Part shown: positions 24,101 to 36,358 of the stretch, one piece after another
How positions within the stretch are numbered: the stretch's first letter is position 1
How the letters are laid out: each line of letters starts with the position of its first letter
Source of the DNA: Macrostomum lignano
Lineage: Eukaryota
NCBI GenBank assembly: GCA_002269645.1
Contig: NIVC01001028.1
Span: 61,462 to 125,461 of the forward strand
Length of the DNA stretch: 64,000 bases
Direction of reading: 5' to 3'
Notes under the pieces: model-generated
Database searches by the model: none
Told to the model about the DNA's origin: nothing
The model's input: only the letters and a program-made list of their open reading frames with translations
Made by a program: the position numbers and the translations under genes

Positions 24101-27100
24101 GAGTGTCGGAGATATGAAGTGTCGTAGATATGTAATGTCGGAGATTATGGAGTGTCGGAGATATGAAGTGTCGGAGATATGAAGTGTCGGAGATATGGAG
24201 TGTCGGAGATATGAAGTGTCGTAGATATGAAATGCTGGAGATATGAATTGTCGGAGATATGCACTGTCGGAGATATGAATTGTCGGAGATATGAATTGTC
24301 GGAGATATGAAGTGTCGGAGATATGAAGTGTCAGAGATATGGAGTGTCGGAGATATGAAGTGTCGGAGATATGAAGTGTCGGAGATATGAAGTGTCGGAG
24401 ATATGAAGTGTCGGAGATATGAAGTGTCGTAAATATGAAATGCTGGAGATATGAATTGTCGGAGATATGAAGTGTCGGAGATATGCACTGTCGGAGATAT
24501 GAATTGTCGGAGATATGAAGTGTCGGAGATATGAAGTGTCAGAGATATGGAGTGTCGGAGATATGAAGTGTCGGAGATATGAAGTGTCGGAGATATGAAG
24601 TGTCGGAGATATGGAGTGTCGGAGATATGGAGTGTCGGAGATATGAAGTGTCGTAGATATGTAATGTCGGAGATTATGGAGTGTCGGAGATATGAAGTGT
24701 CGGAGATATGGAGGGTCGGAGATATGAAGTGTCGTAGATATGAAATGCTGGAGATATGAATTGTCGGAGATATGCACTGTCGGAGATATGAATTGTCAGA
24801 GATATGAATTGTCGGAGATATGAAGTGTCGGAGATATGAAGTGTCAGAGATATGGAGTGTCGGAGATATGGAGTGTCGGAGATATGAAGTGTCGGAGATA
24901 TGAAGTGTCGGAGATATGAAGTGTCATAGATATGCACTGTCGGAGATATGAATTGTCGGAGATATGAAGTGTCATAGATATGCACTGTCGGAGATATGAA
25001 TTGTCGGAGATATGAAGTGTCGGAGATATGAAGTGTCAGAGATATGGAGTGTCGGAGATATAAAGTGTCGGAGATATGAAGTGTCGGAGATATGAAGTGT
25101 CGGAGATATGAAGTGTCGGAGATATGGAGTGTCGGAGATATGGAGTGTCGGAGATATGAAGTGTCGGAGATATGGAGTGTCGGAGATATGAAGTGTCGGA
25201 GATATGAAGTTTCGTAGATATGAAATGCAGGAGATATGAATTGTCGGAGATATTGTCGGAGATATGAAGTGTCGGAGATATGAAGTGTCGGAGATATGGA
25301 GTGTCAGAGATATGGAGTGTCGGAGATATGGAGTGTCGGAGATATGGAGTGTCGGAGATATGGAGTGTCAGAGATATGGAGTGTCGGAGATATGGAGTGT
25401 CAGAGATATGGAGTGTCGAAGATATGAAGTGTCGGAGATATGGAGTGTCGGAGATATGAAGTGTCGGAGATATGGAGTGTAGGAGATATGAAGTGTCGGA
25501 GATATGAAGTGTCGTAGATATGAAATGCTGGAGATATGAATTGTCGGAGATATGAAGTGTCGGAGATATGCACTGTCGGAGATATGAATTGTCGGAGATA
25601 TGAAGTGTCGGAGATATGAAGTGTCAGAGATATGGAGTGTCGGAGATATGAAGTGTCAGAGATATGGAGTGTCAGAGATATGGAGTGTCAGAGATATGAA
25701 GTGTCGGAGATATGAATTGTCGGAGATATGCACTGTCGGAGATATGAATTGTCGGAGATATGCACTGTCGGAGATATGAAGTGTCGTAGATATGAAATGC
25801 TGGAGATATGAATTGTCGGAGATATTGTCGGAGATATGAAGTGTCGGAGATATGAAGTGTCGGAGATATGGAGTGTCAGAGATATGGAGTGTCGGAGATA
25901 TGGAGTGTGGGAGATATGGAGTGTCGGAGATATGGAGTGTCAGAGATATGGAGTGTCGGAGATATGGAGTGTCAGAGATATGGAGTGTCGGAGATATGAA
26001 GTGTCGGAGATATGAAGTGTCGGAGATATGAAGTGTCGGAGATATGGAGTGTAGGAGATATGAAGTGTCGGAGATATGAAGTGTCGTAGATATGAAATGC
26101 TGGAGATATGAATTGTCGGAGATATGAAGTGTCGGAGATATGCACTGTCGGAGATATGAATTGTCGGAGATATGAATTGTCGGAGATATGAAGTGTCGGA
26201 GATATGAAGTGTCAGAGATATGGAGTGTCGGAGATATGAAGTGTCAGAGATATGGAGTGTCAGAGATATGGAGTGTCAGAGATATGAAGTGTCGGAGATA
26301 TGAATTGTCGGAGATATGCACTGTCGGAGATATGAATTGTCGGAGATATGCACTGTCGGAGATATGAAGTGTCGGAGATATGAAGTGTCAGAGATATGGA
26401 GTGTCGGAGATATGAAGTGTCGGAGATATGAAGTGTCGGAGATATGAAGTGTCATAGATATGTAATGTCGGAGATTCTGAAGCGTCGGAGTTATGAAGTG
26501 TCGGAGATATGGAGTGTCGGAGTTATGAAGTGTCGGAGATATGAAGTGTCGGAGATATGAAGTGTCGGAGATATGAAGTGTCGGAGATATGAAGTGTCGT
26601 AAATATGAAATGCTGGAGATATGAATTGTCGGAGATATGAAGTGTCGGAGATATGCACTGTCGGAGATATGAATTGTCGGAGATATGAAGTGTCGGAGAT
26701 ATGAAGTGTCAGAGATATGGAGTGTCGGAGATATGAAGTGTCGGAGATATGAAGTGTCGGAGATATGAAGTGTCGGAGATATGAAGTGTCGGAGATATGG
26801 AGTGTCGGAGATATGGAGTGTCGGAGATATGAAGTGTCGTAGATATGTAATGTCGGAGATATGAAGTGTCGGAGATATGAAGTGTCGGAGATATGAAGTG
26901 TCGGAGATATGGAGTGTCAAAGATATGGAGTGTCGGAGATATGAAGTGTCGGAGATATGGAGGGTCGGAGATATGAAGTGTCGGAGATATGAAGTGTCGT
27001 AGATATGAAATGCTGGAGATATGAATTGTCGGAGATATTGTCGGAGATATGAAGTGTCGTAGATATGAAATGCTGGAGATATGAATTGTCGGAGATATGC

Positions 27101-30100
27101 ACTGTCGGAGATATGAATTGTCGGAGATATGAATTGTCGGAGATATGAAGTGTCGGAGATATGGAGTGTCAGAGATATGGAGTGTCGGAGATATGGAGTG
27201 TCAGAGATATGGAGTGTCGGAGATATGAAGTGTCGGAGATATGAAGTGTCGGAGATATGAAGTGTCGGAGATATGGAGTGTAGGAGATATGAAGTGTCGG
27301 AGATATGAAGTGTCGTAGATATGAAATGCTGGAGATATGAATTGTCGGAGATATGAAGTGTCGGAGATATGCACTGTCGGAGATATGAATTGTCGGAGAT
27401 ATGAATTGTCGGAGATATGAAGTGTCGGAGATATGAAGTGTCAGAGATATGGAGTGTCGGAGATATGAAGTGTCAGAGATATGGAGTGTCAGAGATATGG
27501 AGTGTCAGAGATATGAAGTGTCGGAGATATGAATTGTCGGAGATATGCACTGTCGGAGATATGAATTGTCGGAGATATGCACTGTCGGAGATATGAAGTG
27601 TCGGAGATATGAAGTGTCAGAGATATGGAGTGTCGGAGATATGAAGTGTCGGAGATATGAAGTGTCGGAGATATGAAGTGTCATAGATATGTAAAGTCGG
27701 AGATTCTGAAGCGTCGGAGTTATGAAGTGTCGGAGATATGGAGTGTCGGAGTTATGAAGTGTCGGAGATATGAAGTGTCGGAGATATGAAGTGTCGGAGA
27801 TATGAAGTGTCGGAGATATGAAGTGTCGTAAATATGAAATGCTGGAGATATGAATTGTCGGAGATATGAAGTGTCGGAGATATGCACTGTCGGAGATATG
27901 AATTGTCGGAGATATGAAGTGTCGGAGATATGAAGTGTCAGAGATATGGAGTGTCGGAGATATGAAGTGTCGGAGATATGAAGTGTCGGAGATATGAAGT
28001 GTCGGAGATATGAAGTGTCGGAGATATGGAGTGTCGGAGATATGGAGTGTCGGAGATATGAAGTGTCGTAGATATGTAATGTCGGAGATATGAAGTGTCG
28101 GAGATATGAAGTGTCGGAGATATGAAGTGTCGGAGATATGGAGTGTCGGAGATATGGAGTGTCGGAGATATGAAGTGTCGGAGATATGGAGGGTCGGAGA
28201 TATGAAGTGTCGGAGATATGAAGTGTCGTAGATATGAAATGCTGGAGATATGAATTGTCGGAGATATTGTCGGAGATATGAAGTGTCGTAGATATGAAAT
28301 GCTGGAGATATGAATTGTCGGAGATATGCACTGTCGGAGATATGAATTGTCGGAGATATGAATTGTCGGAGATATGAAGTGTCGGAGATATGAAGTGTCA
28401 GAGATATGGAGTGTCGGAGATATGAAGTGTCGGAGATATGAAGTGTCGGAGATATGAAGTGTCATAGATATGCACTGTCGGAGATATGAATTGTCGGAGA
28501 TATGAAGTGTCATAGATATGCACTGTCGGAGATATGAATTGTCGGAGATATGAAGTGTCGGAGATATGAAGTGTCAGAGATATGGAGTGTCGGAGATATA
28601 AAGTGTCGGAGATATGAAGTGTCGGAGATATGAAGTGTCGGAGATATGAAGTGTCGGAGATATGGAGTGTCGGAGATATGGAGTGTCGGAGATATGAAGT
28701 GTCGGAGATATGGAGTGTCGGAGATATGAAGTGTCGGAGATATGAAGTGTCGTAGATATGAAATGCTGGAGATATGAATTGTCGGAGATATTGTCGGAGA
28801 TATGAAGTGTCGGAGATATGAAGTGTCGGAGATATGGAGTGTCAGAGATATGGAGTGTCGGAGATATGGAGTGTCGGAGATATGGAGTGTCGGAGATATG
28901 GAGTGTCAGAGATATGGAGTGTCGGAGATATGGAGTGTCAGAGATATGGAGTGTCGAAGATATGAAGTGTCGGAGATATGGAGTGTCGGAGATATGGAGT
29001 GTCAGAGATATGGAGTGTCAGAGATATGGAGTGTCGGAGATATGGAGTGTCGGAGATATGGAGTGTCGGAGATATGGAGTGTCGGAGATATGGAGTGTCG
29101 GAGATATGGAGTGTCGGAGATTATGGAGTGTCGAAGATATGGAGTGTCGGATACATGAAATGCTGGAGATAGAAAGTCACAGCCAATTGGCCAGCTCCCA
29201 ATTCACAGAGAGTGTACATGCTTGACGATTGGAAAGTCAGGGCCGCTGTACATCCTGTGTGAGCGTATGTTTGAGTGCGTGACTGTGTACAGTATTGGCG
29301 AGCTTGTGTGTGCTCAGGAGTCAGCAAAATGGACAGAAATTGCCTCAGCAATGGTGTGTGGAACGATTTCGTCAAAGGCGATGCCCCAGGGTGCTCACAA
29401 GCTTATTAAAATAGTTTTTTATTCGCAAAATAAAATCTCATCACAAGCAAATAGTCCTACTAATAGTAGAACAACATTATTTAGTTTTATTATACGTTTA
29501 ATTGTTTTCAGGTTCAATTGAATTGGACGAAACCGAAGCTGATGAGGAATGTCAAAATATTGGTATAAAATAAATAAATTTATATGTAAATAATATACTA
29601 ATTAAAAGTTGTTCTTTAAACTTAAAAGCATAAAACTTTTATTAATTTTCGTTTTTAAATTGCAAGTAATTCGAAAAAAAATTCTTGATTTGCTTACTTT
29701 CACACTAAAAAGTCGCACTCTAATAACTCTTAGTGCTACTGTAAGTACGATCTAGAAGCACCTGAAGTATTTAATCAGAAATCTAAATGTCCTCTCAAAT
29801 CTGTTGCAATAACGTGAACGGAACTTGATTCTAAAGTAGAAATTTTGATTTTCAGAATATTTTTTTCTTGTTTTCATGCTTTAATTGTTTTCTTAAGATC
29901 GTATAGGAATTTTTCTATAATGCAAATGACTGGTTTTTTATTTAAATCGATTTTTTGCCTCGGATCTGGTTATCTCAGTTAGGTATAGATCACTTTTCTT
30001 TCTAAATTTGCAAGTGTTTTTGTATCATTCTATTTTATAAATTTTATTAAACTGAACTATTCTGCCCACATCTACTCTCACTCCCTGCCTCCCTGCCATC

Positions 30101-33100
30101 TAATCTCATGCCTTGTCTTTCTCATCTACTCTCACTCAGTGTCTCCCTCATCTAATATTATGCCTTGTCTTTCTCATCTATTCGCACTTGTTGCCTTCCT
30201 CATCTAATCTCAGGCCTTGCCTTTCTCATCTACTCTCACTCAGTGTCTCCCCCATCTAATGTCAGGCCTTGCCTTCCTCATCTAATCGCATGCCTTGCCT
30301 TCCTCATCTATTCTCACTTGTCGCCTTCCTCATCTAATCTCATGTCTTTCCTTTCTCATCTATTCTCACTTGTCGCCTTCCTAATCTAATCTCATGTCTT
30401 TCCTTTCTCATCTACTCTCAATTGTTGCCTTCCTCATCTACTCTCACTCATTATCTCCCTCATCTAATCTCAATCTTGTCTCACATTACAAAAAGTGTCA
30501 TCACTTTCTGTCAATTACACATAGATAAGTTATCCAGTCTAGTTCCCATCTCTATTCCCGATTTCTCAGACGACCAATCTGACGAGAATTTCGCCGCCGC
30601 AGCCGCCGCAGGCGGTCGCATCACTCCGGAGGGTTTCATAGACGAAGATTTCGAGGATACACTGGGCTCGCCTGCGACTGAGGTTAACACTCAGGTCAGT
30701 CAGATGACCAGATTTTGCGTCTGATGGAGAATCTTATGGGCCGGACTTTGCGTTTGATGGAGAATCTCATGGGGCGGAATATCCTGTCTAATGGAGAATC
30801 TCATGGGGCGGAATATCCTGTCTAATGGAGAATCTCATACGCTGGAATATCTTGTGTAATGGAGAATCTCATGGGGCGGAATGTCCTGTCCAATGGAGAA
30901 TCTCATGGGGCGGAATATCCTGGATCTCTTGATTAGAGAGAATCTCAGTCAGCCACTGCACCAACTATTCCCAGGACCTGGTGGACACCGAGTTCAAAGA
31001 CATCAGCAAACTGGGTGTAATTCAAGTAGTTGGCGACGACCGTCTCGGCCGCAAGGTGATCATCTTCAGCGCCTGCAGGCTGCCGCCCTCCAACACGCTT
31101 GATCACCAGCGGCTGTTAAAGTACATTATTAACACGCTGAATCAGTACGTTGAAAATGACTACGTTTTGGTGTACTTTCATCACGGACTGAATAGCAAGA
31201 ACAAGCCCAGCTTTGCCTGGCTAAAGCAGGCCTACTCAGAGTTTGATCGCAAATATAAAAAGAATCTCAAAGCTTTTCTTATTGTTCATCCTACTAAGCT
31301 AATTAAGGCTTTGTACTACCTGTTCAGGCCTTTGTTAAGGTGAGTTTTTGAGTCTTGTATCTTTGTGTGAATCTTGTAGAGTCTCAGAACTGAGTATTGT
31401 AGAGTCTCAGTCCTGAGTCTTGTAGAGTCTCAGTCCTGAGTATTGTAGAGTCTCAGTCCTGAGTCTTGTAGAGTCTCAGTCCTGAGTCTTGTAGAGTCTC
31501 AGTCCTGAGTCTTGTAGAGTCTCAGTCCTGAGTCTTGTAGAATCTCAGTCCTAAGTCTTGTAGAATCTCATTCCCCGGCTTAGAGAGCCCAGAGTTCTAA
31601 CGCTTTTAATACGCTTATAATCTAAACTCTATATAAACATCCTCAGCGTCAAATTCGGCCGCAAGTTGGCTTACGTCAACTATTTGTCCGAGCTGAAGTC
31701 TCACAATCTGTTCCTCGATCAGATGCCAATTCCTCAGCGAGTCAGAGAGTGAGTTTACTTATTTTTTAGTATTTTTTACTGTTAAATGTTAATGTTTTTA
31801 CTTAAAGTAGTGTAGTAGCGTCATTGTTGTAATTTGTATTGCAAATTGAAGTTTATAAAGTAATTCTGCGCGCACATCCCAGATACGACGAGCGTCAGGC
31901 TCATATTAGAGATTTTGGCAAGAATAATTTGCCCAATCTTGAGCCAATATTTATTGACGATTCGCCAGACGCTGATCTACCCTACGCGTAGGTTGATTCT
32001 GTTTTACTTAGCGTATATAGAAACAAGCATGATAACAGACCTGAGCTGCAGTGCCGCTTATCTTGTACATTGAAATTCTGGTTTGCTAACACGTATAGTC
32101 CACATTAGTGCTTTTATTACTCATATAACAAAGCCCACTAGACTAATTGTTGATTTGTAGTGTATGTCTAACATTCTCGATAGTGCTCTTGGCAACTGGG
32201 GGTCTGGGAGGCTGGCCAAGCAACTGGGGGTCTGGGAGGCTGGCCCAGCAACTGGGGATCTGGGAGGCCAAGCAACTGAGGATCTGGGAGGCTGGCACAA
32301 CAACTAAAGATTTAAGAGGCTGGCCCAGCAACTGAGGATCTGGGAGGCTGGCCCAGCAACTTGGGATCTGGGAGCCTGGCCCAGCAACTGAGGATCTGGG
32401 AGGCTGGCACAACAACTAAATATTTAAGAGGCTGACCCAGCAACTGAGAATCTGGGAGTCTGGCACAACAACTAAAGATTTAAGAGGCTGGCCCAGCAAC
32501 TGAGGATCTGGGAGGCTGGCCCGGTAGCTAAATATTTGAGGCTGGCCCAGCATGGGAGGTCAAGCAACTGAGGATCTGGGAAATCAAGCAACTGAGGATC
32601 TGGGGGGGTCAAGCAACTGAGGATCTGGGAGGCCAGGCAACTGAGGATCTGCGAGGTTTTAATTCTGAGTCGGACTAGCCCACTATATTGACTAAAATAG
32701 GCTGTGTTATCTAATCATTACGTGGCAGCCTTACACTTTAAAATCTAACGTGTTTGCTAATTTAGCCCCACCTGCTGACCCAGCTGTCAAAAGTTTCTAT
32801 TGGATGACCCTGTTTGTTTAATTGAAAAGCCAGGGTCATTTAAAAACAATTTTGAGTCGAATAGTCCTCTGCAGCCCAGCCGTTTTAATTTATAGCCTAA
32901 AGTCTCGTAATGTTTTTTTCGAGTTTTCAAAGCACCAAAAAGGCCTGAAATTGCGAGTTTGTGTGTTTGGTAATGACTTGGCGTACATTCTCGCTGGTAC
33001 GAGTATATGAGATTATTTTCGCGAACTCGAAATTTCTTGCTCACTTGTGCAGCGTGGCTTGCTCAGTGTACGGCTGGAGCGAGTCTATTTGCTGCTTTCT

Positions 33101-36100
33101 ATGTCTCTCTTCTCTGCCCCGCCTCCCTGACTCTTTTATCTCCTGTAGTCGAGCAGTTAGTGCTGACTATAGCTTTGCTTCGTAATTTCTTTTAAAAGCA
33201 GAAATTTCTTGCTCGTTTTCAAGTAGCAATCAAAGGCTGTTAGCCGTTTGTAAAGCTATCAGAGTATGTCGTATTTCTATAATATGAAAAAGAAATCCGG
33301 CAAACCGGATAAGCATGGCGCCGGCTGGGACCCCGGCGGCGTCACACTGTGTCGCTTGATCCGGCGAAGCTCTTTGAACTCCTTGGTTGAAGTCGAGTGC
33401 GCAACAGCTGCCGCAGCAGCAGCTGAGTCGCAGGCGACAAATCTGCTGGAAGGCGTCGAAATTGCGGCGGCTTTGAAACGGCTGTCGCTGGATATTGACA
33501 GGAATTCGTGCGTTTCTGCAGCTGCTGTCCAGTGCATGTCGTTTTTTGGCAGTTGTTATCCAAGATTTGGTATTTATTCTCCTCAATTCTGTAGCCATTG
33601 TCCTCAATTCTGTAACCATTGTCCTCAATTCTGTAGCCATTGTCCTCAATTCTGTAGCCATTGTCCTCAATTCTGTAACCATTGTCCTCAATTCTGTAGC
33701 CATTGTCCTCAATTCTGTAGCCATTGTCCTCAATTCTGTAGCCATTGTCCTCAATTCTGTAGCCATTGTCCTCAATTATGTAGCCATTGTCCTCAATTCT
33801 GTAGCCATTGTCCTCAATTCTGTAACCATTGTCCTCAATTCTGTAGCCATTGTCCTCAATTCTGTAGCCATTGTCCTCAATTCTGTAGCCATTGTCCTCA
33901 ATTCTGTAGCCATTGTCCTCAATTCTGTAGTTATTGTCCTCAGTTCTGTTACCATTCTCCTCAATTCTGTAGTTATTGTCCTCAGTTCTGTTACCATTCT
34001 CCTCAATTCTGTAGTTATTGTCCTCAGTTCTGTTACCATTGTCCTCAATTCTGTAGCCATTGTCCTCAATTCGGTAGCCATTGTCCTCAATTCGGTAGCC
34101 ATTGTCCTCAATTCGGTAGCCATTGTCCTCAATTCGGTAGCCATTGTCCTCAATTCGGTAGCCATTGTCCTCAATTCGGTAGCCATTGTCCTCAATTCGG
34201 TAGCCATTGTCCTCAATTCGGTAGCCATTGTCCTCAATTCGGTAGCCATTGTCCTCAATTCTGTAGCCATTGTCCTCAGTTCTGTAACCATTGTCCTCAA
34301 TTCTGTAGCCATTGTCCTCAATTCGGTAGCCATTGTCCTCAATTCTGTAGTTATTGTCCTCAATTCTGTAGCCATTGTCCTCAATTCTGTAGCCATTGTC
34401 CTCAATTCTGTAACCATTGTCCTCAATTCTGTAGCCATTGTCCTCAGTTCTGTAACCATTGTCCTCAATTCTGTAGCCATTGTCCTCAATTCTGTAGCCA
34501 TTGTCCTCAATTCTGTAGCCATTGTCCTCAATTCTGTAGCCATTGTCCTCAATTCTGTAGCCATTGTCCTCAATTCTGTAGTTATTGTCCTCAATTCTGT
34601 AGCCATTGTCCTCAATTCTGTAGCCATTGTCCTCAATTCTGTAGTTATTGTCCTCAATTCTGTAGCCATTGTCCTCAATTCTGTAGCCATTGTCCTCAAT
34701 TCTGTAGCCATTGTCCTCAATTCGGTAGCCATTGTCCTCAATTCGGTAGCCATTGTCCTCAATTCGGTAGCCATTGTCCTCAATTCGGTAGCCATTGTCC
34801 TCAATTCGGTAGCCATTGTCCTCAATTCGGTAGCCATTGTCCTCAATTCGGTAGCCATTGTCCTCAATTCGGTAGCCATTGTCCTCAATTCGGTAGCCAT
34901 TGTCCTCAATTCGGTAGCCATTGTCCTCAATTCTGTAGCCATTGTCCTCAGTTCTGTAGCCATTGTCCTCAATTCTGTAGCCATTGTCCTCACTTCTGTA
35001 GCCATTGTCCTCAATTCTGTAGTTATTGTCCTCAATTCTGTAGCCATTGTCCTCAATTCTGTAGCCATTGTCCTCAATTCTGTAACCATTGTCCTCAATT
35101 CTGTAGCCATTGTCCTCAATTCTGTAGCCATTGTCCTCAATTCTGTAGCCATTGTCCTCAATTCTCAGTCGGCAATATACGCAGAAACTAAAAAGTCTTT
35201 CTTTCATCGAAAATCCACAGATACGACGATTCTTTGCGTTCGGGCAGCCGGACCGGCTCGTCTCACTATGCCAGCTCTGAGGAGCTCGGCTGCGCCAGCG
35301 GCGGCCTCGGGGTCGGGGGGCTGGCCGCCAACCCGCTGCCCACTACTCAGTTTGGAGTCAGCCTGCAGCAGTGAGTGTGTCTGTCTGTGTGTCTGTCTGT
35401 GTGTCTGTCTGTCTGTGTGTCTGTCTGTCTGTGTGTCTGTCTGTCTGTCTGTGTGTGTGTCTGTCTGTGTGTGTGTCTGTCTGTGTGTGTGTCTGTCTGT
35501 GTGTGTGTCTGTCTGTGTGTCTGTCTGTGTGTGTGTGTGTGTGTGTCTGTCTGTCTGTGTGTCTGTCTGTGTGTGTGTCTGTCTGTGTGTGTGTCTGTCT
35601 GTGTGTCTGTCTGTCTGTGTGTGTGTCTGTCTGTGTGTCTGTCTGTCTGTGTGTCTGGCTGTGTGTGTGTCTTTCTGTGTGTCTGTCTGTGTGTCTGTCT
35701 GTGTGTCTGTCTGTCTGTGTGTCTGTCTGTGTGTCTGTGTGTCTGTCTGTGTGTGTGTCTGTCTGTCTGTCTGTGTGTCTGTCTGTGTGTCTGTGTGTCT
35801 GTGTGTCTGTCTGTGTGTCTGTCTGTGTGTGTGTGTGTCTGTCTGTCTGTGTGTCTGTCTGTCTGTGTGTCTGTCTGTGTGTGTGTCTGTCTGTGTGTCT
35901 GTCTGTGTGTCTGTCTGTGTGTCTGTCTGTGTGTGTGTCTGTCTGTGTGTCTGTCTGTGTGTCTGTCTGTGTGTCTGTCTGTGTGTCTGTGTGTGTGTGT
36001 GTCTGTCTGTGTGTCTGTCTGTGTGTCTGTCTGTGTGTCTGTCTGTGTGTCTGTCTGTGTGTCTGTCTGTGTGTCTGTCTGTGTGTCTGTCTGTGTGTGT

Positions 36101-36195
36101 GTCTGTCTGTGTGTCTGTCTGTGTGTCTGTCTGTCTGTCTGTGTGTCTGTCTGTCTGTCCGTCTGTCTGTCTGTCTGTCTGTGTGTGTCTGTCTA

Positions 36196-36236
<41 letters not shown>

Positions 36237-36269
36237 GTGTGTCTGTCTATCTGTCTGTCTGTCTGTCTC

Positions 36270-36306
<37 letters not shown>

Positions 36307-36313
36307 GGGTCTC

Positions 36314-36358
<45 letters not shown>

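Noticed and set aside
21290-29225. Many long ORFs ([16 protein letters not shown]..., [14 protein letters not shown]...)
   Set aside because: Translations of the 16-bp satellite inside a RhoGAP intron; the 16-aa periodicity is simply three units.
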